Positions 47,262 to 55,593 of a stretch of DNA of 64,000 nt are shown here, one piece after another (the first letter of the stretch is position 1; each line of letters opens with the position of its first letter). The stretch is from the NCBI GenBank assembly GCA_002490425.1, contig DKTZ01000035.1:12024-76023 (forward strand). The letters are read 5' to 3'. The stretch is from Ruminococcaceae bacterium UBA7217. Lineage in GTDB: Bacteria > Bacillota > Clostridia > Oscillospirales > Acutalibacteraceae. The notes under the pieces were generated by a model. That model had not been told where the DNA came from. It searched no databases and saw nothing but the letters and a program-made list of their open reading frames with translations. Both the position numbers and the translations under genes were made by a program.

Positions 47262-47440
47262 CTTAAGGCAGGTCTCCCGACTTGAGACAAAGCTGACTTT
47301 TAATCAGCGCATAAGCACGCCTTCTCGAAAAAAATCCAATGGCAATTGTGCTTAATTCATCTGATACGGTAATGGCGGTTGCTCAGGATTCTGACCTGAT
47401 TCCCTTTTAATTTCGGTTTCCCGAAAACCGTTAAGCAAAT
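47262..47440 (-). promoter_or_regulatory. cobalamin (B12) riboswitch
   Basis: The minus strand reads AAAAGGGAATCAGGTCAGAATCCTGAGCAACCGCCATTACCGT ... TTGCCATTGG ... GAGAAGGCG ... AAGTCGGGAGACCTGCC. This matches the conserved GGGAA-GGTG-AA-TCC core, the GCCACTG-like element, and the B12 box (consensus rAGYCMGgAgaCCkGCc). Confidence 0.85.
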
Positions 47441-47454
47441 ATTTAATTGTATTT

Positions 47455-47483
47455 ATTTTATATCAATATATTTTAATTGTCAA
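47455..47483 (-). promoter_or_regulatory. consensus sigmaA promoter driving the riboswitch
   Basis: The minus strand reads TTGACA (47483-47478), 17-nt spacer, TAAAAT (47460-47455). Confidence 0.6.
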
Positions 47484-47496
47484 TAGCATAAAAAAC

Positions 47497-47517
47497 ACCC
47501 GTGATATACACGGGCAT
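47497..47517 (-). terminator. terminator hairpin, copy 1 of a 21-bp perfect direct repeat
   Basis: ACCCGTGATATACACGGGCAT. The minus strand reads CCCGTG-TATAT-CACGGG followed by TGTTTTTT. It is identical to 47775-47795. Confidence 0.6.
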
Positions 47518-47559
47518 CGGTCTATGATAAACTATTTTGCAATAGAAAAATAATCAAAA

Positions 47560-47720
47560 GTTTTCGCCCGCCTTTTTCAAAAGGCGGTAGGGCGGTGGGG
47601 CAAAGCCCCGCCTTGCAGTCCGCAGACTGCAAAATTTCTTTACTCACAAAAGCGCAGGAGGGGAGAAAGAACAGTCCGGTGGACTGTTCTTTCGGGGAAC
47701 CCTCGCCGGGGGTTCCCCAT
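47560..47720. repeat. chain of five perfect GC-rich hairpins (REP-like cluster)
   Basis: The hairpins are at 47568-47587 (CCGCC/GGCGG), 47597-47609 (GGGG/CCCC, preceded by GTAG at 47587), 47613-47632 (TTGCAGTC/GACTGCAA), 47665-47693 (13-bp stem GAAAGAACAGTCC/GGACTGTTCTTTC) and 47694-47718 (GGGGAACC/GGTTCCCC). Confidence 0.65.
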
Positions 47721-47774
47721 TGACCTGTTCTTTTGTGCACATTATCGAATGATATATATTTTAGAAAAGAAAAT

Positions 47775-47795
47775 ACCCGTGATATACACGGGCAT
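47775..47795 (-). terminator. terminator hairpin after the lipase gene, copy 2 of the 21-bp direct repeat
   Basis: ACCCGTGATATACACGGGCAT. On the minus strand the hairpin is followed by TATTTTCTTTTC. Confidence 0.6.
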
Positions 47796-47828
47796 TTAAT
47801 TTAAAATCTTTACTCTTGTTTAAATAAT

Positions 47829-49505
47829 TTACGCTTTGTAATCCGTCGCATAGGTGTCTGCAATTGACTGAACCTCATCTTTTGAAATAACGCCGTCAAT
47901 TGTTATGCCGTCTGCTCTTTGAAGATTTACCTTTTCGAGTGTGTCACGCTCAAGCAGGTGTCTTAAGGCAAGTCTTGCGTCAACAAGGTCAATGGTGCCG
48001 TCCATATTAACATCACCGTATTTATCAAGATAAACAGACATATAGTCAGCGTCAATATTGTAATACAGGAACTGAGTGAACAGCGGATTTGAATGAACGG
48101 TATACTGTTTGTCAGCCGTTATAAGCCATGCGTGAAGCGCCGCTGAGCTGTCGCTGTAAAACTTAACGTGATCCAAATTCTTAATAAACCATGTGCACTC
48201 GGGGAAAGCGCAGGTAGAAGCATCAACCACTGTGTCGGGTGAAACGTGATTGTGCCCGTCGGAATTCTTCTGAGCATAATTTTCACCGAGAGTTGTGTTT
48301 CTGTCTGCAACCGTTGCGCCGTAGCTTGTGTGTGCTGTTTCGATTATGCCGTCTGAGTTCATTGTGGACGACGGTGTTACGGGAGCTATCTGGCGGTTAT
48401 AGTTTGAAACTATGCTGAAGCAGATATTTTCATCCTTATAATACTCGTCACAACGCTCTTTAAGTGTTGCCTGAACCTCATCGTGATAAGCCGTCAGCTT
48501 TTCAATGTAAGAATCAGACGGGCGGAATGAGAAAGTATCGTTGTTATACATATAGTTAATTGCTTCGTCGAATTTATCTTCGGGGACAAATGACCAAACG
48601 CCGGCATACATTCCGAAATACGGAATCAAAAGCTCATCATAAAGTCTGTCCTTATATTCGCCTTCATTAAGGAGCGGAGCAAATTTTTCAATAACCTTTT
48701 CAAAAAGTCCTGTGTATTTTAAGAGCTCACCTAAAGCATTTTTATCGGGACTGCCGTTAATTGCCTGAACCAAAATGTCGGTAAGTCCGTCAGCGTCAAC
48801 GCTGAGTTTGCCTGTGAAAAGGTCACCGCACATTTCAAGTCCTGTAAATGCTCCTGAGAACATACCTATATTTTTAATATCTTTTGTTCCGTACTGCGCT
48901 AAATATGCCTGAACAATGCAAGTACCCATTGACTGACCGTTTATTGACACCTTGTCGTGGCCTGTTGTTTTCTTTACCTTTTGAATATAATCGTTAAGGT
49001 CTTTAGCGGTATCCATAGGGCTTCTGCGCCAGTCATGGCTGAAAATAAACGTGTGGTCGCCGCCGACTGTTTTGGCACATTCAAGGGAAAGTCCGTCCTG
49101 ACCGTCGCCTTTGATTTTGTAATCGTATGTATCGCAGCTCTCTTCATAAAAGCGTTCAACCGTAACCGTCGGGTCAACCGAGTCGCCGTTTTCGTCACAT
49201 TTAATCGGGTCAAAAAGCTGTTTTGCTGCAGGAATAACTGAGTCAAGCAAAGCGCCTGCGTCACCGTCCGAAAGGAACTGTAAAAGTGATGGAACACAAG
49301 GCAGAACCGCCTCAACTATTGTTTTTGCCTCAGGAGCAAAAACCTGAGTTCCCTCGCCGTTAACAAGCGGAACATGACCGAAGCCTACTACGGAAACTAC
49401 GGGAGTTTTACCGCAGTTGCACTTTTTCTCTGCCGCAAACGACGGAGCAAGCATTGAAAACATCATCAATGCGCAAAGTATTACGCAAACTATACGTTTT
49501 TTCAT
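47829..49505 (-). CDS. secreted alpha/beta-hydrolase (LCAT/PGAP1-like lipase/esterase) with a C-terminal dockerin
   Basis: Signal peptide MKKRIVCVILCALMMFSMLAPSFA. HDWR motif and nucleophile elbow GQSMGT. The C-terminus is dockerin-like (GDVNMDGTIDLVDARLALRHLL ... ADGITIDGVISKDEVQSIAD). Confidence 0.7.
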   Translation of the reverse strand: MKKRIVCVILCALMMFSMLAPSFAAEKKCNCGKTPVVSVVGFGHVPLVNGEGTQVFAPEAKTIVEAVLPCVPSLLQFLSDGDAGALLDSVIPAAKQLFDPIKCDENGDSVDPTVTVERFYEESCDTYDYKIKGDGQDGLSLECAKTVGGDHTFIFSHDWRRSPMDTAKDLNDYIQKVKKTTGHDKVSINGQSMGTCIVQAYLAQYGTKDIKNIGMFSGAFTGLEMCGDLFTGKLSVDADGLTDILVQAINGSPDKNALGELLKYTGLFEKVIEKFAPLLNEGEYKDRLYDELLIPYFGMYAGVWSFVPEDKFDEAINYMYNNDTFSFRPSDSYIEKLTAYHDEVQATLKERCDEYYKDENICFSIVSNYNRQIAPVTPSSTMNSDGIIETAHTSYGATVADRNTTLGENYAQKNSDGHNHVSPDTVVDASTCAFPECTWFIKNLDHVKFYSDSSAALHAWLITADKQYTVHSNPLFTQFLYYNIDADYMSVYLDKYGDVNMDGTIDLVDARLALRHLLERDTLEKVNLQRADGITIDGVISKDEVQSIADTYATDYKA

Positions 49506-49597
49506 TTCAAACATCCTTTCCCAAATTGAAACAATATATAACCGAATTTATTTTACCATAAATCTCCTTTGAAATCAACTGTGTTCTTTTAACAAAA

Positions 49598-50521
49598 TCA
49601 AAATACGCTTTCTATGACTTTTTCCGAAATATCAGGGGAATAGCGCCAGTAATCCATATGCTCTCCGTCAAAATAATATTTAAGCGGAATGTGCTTAGGT
49701 TCGGCAGGAAATGTATCTACAATTGCAAGCTTAATTTTCATTTTCTGAGGATTTACGCTCTTAATGTATACGCTTGCACTGTCGCCCGCACGCACATTTT
49801 CCGAATATTCCGCAAGCCCCGCCAAATTTGGGGCAAGCTCTATAAATACGCCGTATTTTTCAACGGAGCGAACAATTCCCCCCACTGTCTGCCCTGCTTT
49901 AAATTTTTCGGCATTTTCCTCCCACGTTCCAAGAAGCTCTTTAAGCGACAGAGTAACTCTGCCGTTTTCATCAATACTTTTTACAATAGCATTTATCTGC
50001 GTATTCACCGCAAAGCGTGCTTCGGGGCTCGGTATTCTTGAAACGGATATACTGTCTATGGGCAAAAGCGCCGAAATTCCGCAGCCGATGTCGCAGAAAG
50101 AGCCGAAATGCTCATTATGAGTTACCTTTGCCGTTATAATATCGCCCGAAGTGAGCTTTGCTATGTAGTCACGGGCACACTCCTCCTGCACGGCTCTTCG
50201 GGATAAAAATGCTGTGCGGACGCCGTTTTCATCATCTCTGAAATCTGTTATCTTAAATACAACAGGTTTGTTAACTCTCGAAACTATTGCAATATCCTTA
50301 GTTGTGCCCTCGGCTATTCCGAGCGCACACTCCTCCCTCGGAATAATCCCTTTTATTCCTCCTAAATCCACATGCAGATTATGCTCCCCGTCGCAAAGAG
50401 TGGCTTTTGCCTCTAAAATTCTGCCCTCAAAAAAGCTTTCACGCAAAGCGGGCACCGATGAAATGCTCCGTTTATTTTGCTTTGTTTCGTAAATTACACC
50501 TTCAGGGTAATATTTTGTCAT
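49598..50521 (-). CDS. S1 RNA-binding domain protein (multiple S1 repeats)
   Basis: S1-like segments such as GDIITAKVTHNEHFGSFCDIG and GQTVGGIVRSVEKYGVFIELAPNLAGL. The start is the ATG at 50521, after AAGGTGA. Confidence 0.7.
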   Translation of the reverse strand: MTKYYPEGVIYETKQNKRSISSVPALRESFFEGRILEAKATLCDGEHNLHVDLGGIKGIIPREECALGIAEGTTKDIAIVSRVNKPVVFKITDFRDDENGVRTAFLSRRAVQEECARDYIAKLTSGDIITAKVTHNEHFGSFCDIGCGISALLPIDSISVSRIPSPEARFAVNTQINAIVKSIDENGRVTLSLKELLGTWEENAEKFKAGQTVGGIVRSVEKYGVFIELAPNLAGLAEYSENVRAGDSASVYIKSVNPQKMKIKLAIVDTFPAEPKHIPLKYYFDGEHMDYWRYSPDISEKVIESVF

Positions 50522-50692
50522 ATCTCTCACCTTTATTTTTTTAGTTTGCAGAATTTCCTGCCTTAAAAGATATGATTGATTTTGCAGAAATATAATGTAA
50601 TTATTATATAATTTGTATTGTTGATATTATTTACAAAATGTGGTATGATAAAATATTATATAATGTGATAAAGTTGTAAAAGGATAATGAAT

Positions 50693-50902
50693 ATGGATAT
50701 ACATGTTAACGACGATATAATTATGAAAAAAGCCCACCCGTGTGGCGGAAACGAATTTACGGTTCTGCGTGTGGGTATGGATTTTCGTATTCACTGCAAA
50801 AAATGCGGTCGCGAGGTTATGGTGCCGCGTGCCAAAATAGAGAAAAATATAAAAAAGATTATCAGAGACGGAAAAGAAATGTCAGCAAAGGAGAAAATTT
50901 AA
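50693..50902 (+). CDS. DUF951 family protein
   Basis: IIMKKAHPCGGNEFTVLRVGMDFRIHCKKCGREVMVPRAKIEKNIKKI, a four-Cys zinc-ribbon-like sequence typical of DUF951. Confidence 0.75.
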   Translation: MDIHVNDDIIMKKAHPCGGNEFTVLRVGMDFRIHCKKCGREVMVPRAKIEKNIKKIIRDGKEMSAKEKI

Positions 50903-51973
50903 ATGCTTGATAAGCTTGCAGGTATTGAAGAACGGTTTGAAAAAATAAATGAACAGCTCTGCTTGCCCGAAACGGTCAGCGACCAGGAAAAGTACCCCAA
51001 ACTTATGAAAGAGCTGCGCAGTCTTACTCCCGTTGTTGAAAAATACCGTGAATACAAAAAATATGACGAAACCCTTAAAGAATCAAAAGAACTGCTTGAC
51101 GCAGGCGGACTTGATAAGGATTTTAAAGAGCTTGTGCAGGAAGAATTTGAACAGGCTAAAGCCGATATTGAGCGGTGCTCGGAGGAATTAAAAATTCTGC
51201 TTTTGCCAAAAGACCCCAACGATGACAAAAGCGTTATCGTTGAAATCCGCGGCGGTGCAGGCGGAGAGGAAGCGGCTCTTTTCGCAGGTGAGCTTTACAG
51301 AATGTATTCAATGTATTCGGAAGCAAAGGGATTTAAAACCGAAATTCTTTCAGAAAATCCCACAGAACTCGGCGGATACAAGGAAATTGTATTTAATGTT
51401 GAGGGCGAGGGCGCATATTCACGCTTTAAGTTTGAAAGCGGCGTTCACCGTGTTCAGCGTGTTCCCGAAACCGAAAGTCAGGGACGAATACAGACCTCAA
51501 CCGTAACAGTTGCAGTGCTTCCCGAAGCTGAAGAGGTTGATTTTGAGCTTAACCCTGCCGATTTACAGATAGATGTTTTCCGCTCTTCGGGTGCAGGCGG
51601 TCAAAAGGTTAACAAAACCTCGTCAGCTATCCGTGTAACACACCTGCCCACGGGTATGGTGGTTGAGTGTCAGGACGAGCGAAGCCAATACAAAAACAAG
51701 GATAAAGCCTTAAAGGTACTGCGTTCACGCCTTCTTGAAATTGAGCAGGCAAAGCACGATGCTGAAATTGCAGGCACAAGAAAATCTCAGGTCGGCACAG
51801 GCGACAGGAGCGAGCGAATCCGCACCTACAACTTCCCTCAGGGCAGAGTTTCAGACCACCGAATAGGCTTAACTCTTTACAAAATCGACGCAATTATGAA
51901 CGGTGACTTAGACGAAATTATTGATGCGCTCATTACAGCCGACACCGCCGAAAAGCTTAAAGCAGAGGAATAA
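50903..51973 (+). CDS. prfA: peptide chain release factor 1
   Basis: The PET tripeptide ([14 protein letters not shown]) and GGQ motif ([14 protein letters not shown]) identify RF1 rather than RF2. Confidence 0.95.
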   Translation: MLDKLAGIEERFEKINEQLCLPETVSDQEKYPKLMKELRSLTPVVEKYREYKKYDETLKESKELLDAGGLDKDFKELVQEEFEQAKADIERCSEELKILLLPKDPNDDKSVIVEIRGGAGGEEAALFAGELYRMYSMYSEAKGFKTEILSENPTELGGYKEIVFNVEGEGAYSRFKFESGVHRVQRVPETESQGRIQTSTVTVAVLPEAEEVDFELNPADLQIDVFRSSGAGGQKVNKTSSAIRVTHLPTGMVVECQDERSQYKNKDKALKVLRSRLLEIEQAKHDAEIAGTRKSQVGTGDRSERIRTYNFPQGRVSDHRIGLTLYKIDAIMNGDLDEIIDALITADTAEKLKAEE

Positions 51974-51975
51974 TT

Positions 51976-52179
51976 ATGAAAGAATTCAAGCTGAGCGCAT
52001 TTGAAAAATTTGTTATCGGTCACAAAAAAGTGCTTATTCAATTCTTTTCAACTATTTTGCAAGATTTGAAAACACCGAAAAAGCGGTTTACTACGCAAAC
52101 GAAATTGTAAAAATCGGTAATGACTCTCTGTTTGAATACCGCAAGGCAAAGGAATATTTAGAAAAATGCAAACAAATGT
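51976..52179 (+). pseudogene. small ORF split by a frameshift at an A6 tract (or two overlapping mini-ORFs)
   Basis: Frame 1 reads MKEFKLSAFEKFVIGHKK... (ATG at 51976, stop at 52108-52110). Frame 0 is open from 52005 and reads ...SAYSILFNYFARFENTEKAVYYANEIVKIGNDSLFEYRKAKEYLEKCKQM* (stop at 52177-52179). The frames meet at AAAAAA, 52024-52029. Confidence 0.35.
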
Positions 52180-53179
52180 AATTGATATAAGATTAGAATA
52201 TGAAAGGGCGCTGAATGAAGCGTCACAGCTCATAAATGACGGCGAGGTTGTGGGGATTCCCACCGAAACCGTTTACGGTCTTGCCGCAAACGCATTGGAC
52301 GAAGAGGCTGTCAAAAAAATCTACATAGCAAAAGGCAGACCGTCCGACAACCCGCTGATTGTGCATATAAGCGATATTTCGGAGCTTTCCCCTCTTGTTA
52401 GAGAGATACCTGAAAAGGTTAAAATAATGGCGGAAAAATTCTGGCCCGGCCCTTTAACAATGATTATGAAAAAGAGCGATTTAATTCCGTTTAAAACTTC
52501 GGGCGGACTTGACACCGTTGCAATAAGAATGCCCTCAAACAAATATGCACGGGCAATCATCAAAACAAGCGGCGTCCCGTTGGCCGCACCGAGCGCCAAT
52601 CTTTCGGGAAGTCCAAGCCCCACAAACGCAAAATATGTTTATGACGATATGAACGGGCGAATCCCCTTAATTATTGACGGCGGTGCATCAAAAATCGGCG
52701 TTGAGTCAACTGTTATTACATTTGTAACCGAAATACCGACCGTTTTGCGCCCGGGCGGCATAACTCTGGAAGAAATAAGAGCCACAATAGGTGAAACAAG
52801 GCTTGCCGACGCAGTTCTGCACGAGCTCAAAGACGGCGAAGCTGCCGCCTCCCCGGGAATGAAATACAAGCATTACGCTCCGAGGGCGAATATAACCATT
52901 CTCAAAGGCAGTTTGGACAAATTTGTTGAATACACTAAAGGCAAGGATTTCTTTGCGCTTGTTTTTGAGGGCGAGGAAAAATATTTTGAAAATGCCGTTA
53001 CATACGGAAAACCTCTTGACGGAAAATCCGAAGCGAACAGGCTGTTTGACGCTCTTCGTGAGCTTGACGAAAAGGGAGCCAAAACCGTTTACGCACGCTG
53101 TCCTGAGCTTTCGGGTGTGGGTCTTGCGGTTTACAACAGACTTATTCGCTCGGCAGGATTTAATATTATTGAGCTGTGA
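52166..53179 (+). CDS. tsaC: L-threonylcarbamoyladenylate synthase, long Sua5-type
   Basis: GIPTETVYGLAANA, KGRP..NPLIVHI, SANLSG.PSPT, and a C-terminal Sua5 domain. Confidence 0.9.
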   Translation: MQTNVIDIRLEYERALNEASQLINDGEVVGIPTETVYGLAANALDEEAVKKIYIAKGRPSDNPLIVHISDISELSPLVREIPEKVKIMAEKFWPGPLTMIMKKSDLIPFKTSGGLDTVAIRMPSNKYARAIIKTSGVPLAAPSANLSGSPSPTNAKYVYDDMNGRIPLIIDGGASKIGVESTVITFVTEIPTVLRPGGITLEEIRATIGETRLADAVLHELKDGEAAASPGMKYKHYAPRANITILKGSLDKFVEYTKGKDFFALVFEGEEKYFENAVTYGKPLDGKSEANRLFDALRELDEKGAKTVYARCPELSGVGLAVYNRLIRSAGFNIIEL

Positions 53180-53180
53180 G

Positions 53181-53789
53181 ATGAAAAAAATGCTTATTAT
53201 CGGTTTAACAGGTCAAACGGGTGCGGGAAAATCCACCGTATCCGAAATTTTGGAAAAATACGGCTGTTACCACATTGATGCTGACAAGGTTGCGCACGAC
53301 ATTCTTGAAAATGACAAAGAAGTGCAGGAAAAGCTCAAAGAGCGTTTCGGCGAAGATATTACAGATACAGACGGCAAAATCAACCGCAAAATTTTAGCCG
53401 CCCGTGCATTTTCCGATAACGAAAGCACGCTTTCCCTCAATGCCATAACCCACCCTGCCGTCAACAACGAAATTCAGAATATTATTCTAAAGCAAAAGAA
53501 GTACGGCACAAAGGCTGTTATAATCGACGCAATAGCTCTGTTTGAAAGCGGAGAGGCAAAAATATGCGATTACACCGTTGCCGTTACCGCTCCGAGGGAA
53601 ACCCGCCTTGAACGGATTATTGCTCGTGACGGTATTTCTCTTTCCCGTGCGAATGAGCGGATAAACGCGCAAAAGGACGAAAGTTTTTTCACATTAAACG
53701 CCGACTACATAATAAACAACTGCGAGCCGTATAATATATACGATGAAACAGAAAAATTAGCATATAAGCTTAAACTAAAAAAGGAGTAA
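53181..53789 (+). CDS. coaE: dephospho-CoA kinase
   Basis: IGLTGQTGAGKSTV P-loop, plus typical CoaE length and motifs (D.D.VAH, HP.V). Confidence 0.9.
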   Translation: MKKMLIIGLTGQTGAGKSTVSEILEKYGCYHIDADKVAHDILENDKEVQEKLKERFGEDITDTDGKINRKILAARAFSDNESTLSLNAITHPAVNNEIQNIILKQKKYGTKAVIIDAIALFESGEAKICDYTVAVTAPRETRLERIIARDGISLSRANERINAQKDESFFTLNADYIINNCEPYNIYDETEKLAYKLKLKKE

Positions 53790-53793
53790 CAAT

Positions 53794-55197
53794 ATGAGCG
53801 AAAAAAATATTATTAAAGAGCTTCAGGAGGAGCTTTTCTATTCACCTAAGCACGCTTCCGAAATCATTTCCGATGAGGAGCAAAAAAACGCAGACAGCTT
53901 TGCCGAGGGCTATAAATACTATATGAACAACGGCAAAACCGAGCGTGAATCAGTAAAATTCTTTATCAAAAAGGCTGAAGATTTAGGCTATACTCCGTTT
54001 GACCGCAGTAAAAAATACAATGCAGGCGACAAGGTTTATTATAACAACAGAGGAAAGTCGGTTATCCTTTGCGTTTTCGGCAAAAGGCCGATTTCAGACG
54101 GCGTTAAAATCTCCGCCGCGCACCTTGACTCTCCCCGTCTTGACTTAAAGCCTAATCCCCTTTACGAGGACGGAGAAATGGCATATTTCAAAACTCATTA
54201 TTACGGCGGTATTAAAAAATATCAGTGGACTGCAATCCCTCTTTCACTTCACGGCGTAATTGTAAAGAAAAACGGCGAAAGTGTCGAGGTAAATGTGGGC
54301 GAAGATGAAAACGACCCGCAATTCGTAATCACAGACCTGCTCCCGCACCTTGCAGGCGAGCAGATGAAACGTACAATGGCCGAGGGCGTTAAAGGCGAAA
54401 GCCTTAATATTCTTATAGGCTCACGTCCGTTCTCTAAGGATGAGGGCAGCGAAAAGGTTAAGCTTAACATAATTAAGCTTCTCAATGAAAAATACGGCAT
54501 TACCGAAAGTGATTTCCTCTCTGCCGAGCTTGAAATTGTACCTGCCTTCAAGGCACGTGACATCGGCTTTGACAGAAGTCTTATAGGCGCATACGGCCAC
54601 GATGACAAGGTTTGTGCATACCCCGCCGCTGAAGCAATTTTTGCAGTTGAAAATCCGAGCTACACTGTTCTTACCGTTCTTACGGACAAAGAGGAAACAG
54701 GCTCTGACGGCAACACAGGGCTTAACTCTTCTTACCTTAAATATTTCATTTCAGACTTGGCGGTTATGGGCGGCGAAGAGCCGTGGAGAGTTCTTAGCGC
54801 CAGCGAATGTCTTTCGGCAGATGTAAATGCGGCTTACGACCCGATGTTTCCCGATGTAAGCGAGCCGAAAAACGCCTCATTCGTTAACAAGGGCGTTGTT
54901 ATTACTAAATACACAGGCGCAAGAGGAAAAGGCGGCACAAGCGACGCCTCGGCTGAATTTATGGGCAAAATCCGCAGAATGCTCGACAAAGAAAACGTTG
55001 TATGGCAAATAGGCGAGCTTGGCAAGGTAGACATCGGCGGCGGCGGAACAGTCGCTATGTATATTGCAAATCTTGACATTGACGTTGTGGATTTGGGCGT
55101 TCCCGTTCTTTCAATGCACGCACCATTTGAGGTTATTTCAAAGCTTGATTTGTATATGGCTTTCCGTGCATTTAAAGCATTTTTCGAGCAGGAATAA
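53794..55197 (+). CDS. M18-family aminopeptidase
   Basis: AAHLDSPRLDLKP, HYYGGIKKYQW, GHDDKVC and DKEETGS motifs. Confidence 0.85.
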   Translation: MSEKNIIKELQEELFYSPKHASEIISDEEQKNADSFAEGYKYYMNNGKTERESVKFFIKKAEDLGYTPFDRSKKYNAGDKVYYNNRGKSVILCVFGKRPISDGVKISAAHLDSPRLDLKPNPLYEDGEMAYFKTHYYGGIKKYQWTAIPLSLHGVIVKKNGESVEVNVGEDENDPQFVITDLLPHLAGEQMKRTMAEGVKGESLNILIGSRPFSKDEGSEKVKLNIIKLLNEKYGITESDFLSAELEIVPAFKARDIGFDRSLIGAYGHDDKVCAYPAAEAIFAVENPSYTVLTVLTDKEETGSDGNTGLNSSYLKYFISDLAVMGGEEPWRVLSASECLSADVNAAYDPMFPDVSEPKNASFVNKGVVITKYTGARGKGGTSDASAEFMGKIRRMLDKENVVWQIGELGKVDIGGGGTVAMYIANLDIDVVDLGVPVLSMHAPFEVISKLDLYMAFRAFKAFFEQE

Positions 55198-55200
55198 ATT

Positions 55201-55450
55201 TTTACTCTCTAATTGAAGTACGGAACTCTCGGCTCCCCTGAAAGGGGAGCTGTCGAGCGTTAGCGAGACTGAGGGGTTAATTTCTTTAGCAAAAAACTTT
55301 ATAACCCCTCTGTCACTTCGTGACATCTCCATTACTCGCCTGCCGGCTCAGACAGCGTTAATTCGGCATCCGCCGGATGCCCACGCCCTTTCAGGTGCGA
55401 CAAGGATTTTGTAGGGACAACCGCGGTCGGCTGTCCCTACCGCGCTCATC
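55201..55450. repeat. cluster of GC-rich hairpins and REP-like elements
   Basis: Hairpins are GCTCCCC-TGAAA-GGGGAGC (55232-55250), GGGGTTA...TAACCCC (55273-55308), TGTCAC-TTC-GTGACA (55311-55325), GGCATCC-GCC-GGATGCC (55365-55381) and GTAGGGACA-N12-TGTCCCTAC (55411-55440). Confidence 0.65.
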
Positions 55451-55535
55451 TCTATGTCAAAAAAATAAACAATTTTTTGTTAAATTCGCATATTGTTAAG
55501 ACTAAAAGATAAGAGTAAAATATCTGTAATAAAAA

Positions 55536-55560
55536 AGAGCATTTTTTGATGCTCTTTTTA
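55536..55560. terminator. A/T-flanked hairpin upstream of the MFS gene (bidirectional terminator-like)
   Basis: AGAGCAT-TTTTTG-ATGCTCT flanked by AAAAA and TTTTT. Confidence 0.45.
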
Positions 55561-55593
55561 ATTTCTTCAAATTTTTTCAGAAAGGAAATGTTT

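Noticed and set aside
47522-47740. Track ORFs that span the hairpin clusters: 47522-47740 (-), 26333-26608 (+), 55138-55332 (-) and 57845-58168 (-).
   Set aside because: They are built from back-to-back GC-rich palindromes, which give open frames on both strands. They lack RBS and start context and have Pro/Gly/Arg-rich nonsense composition. They are better explained as repeat DNA.
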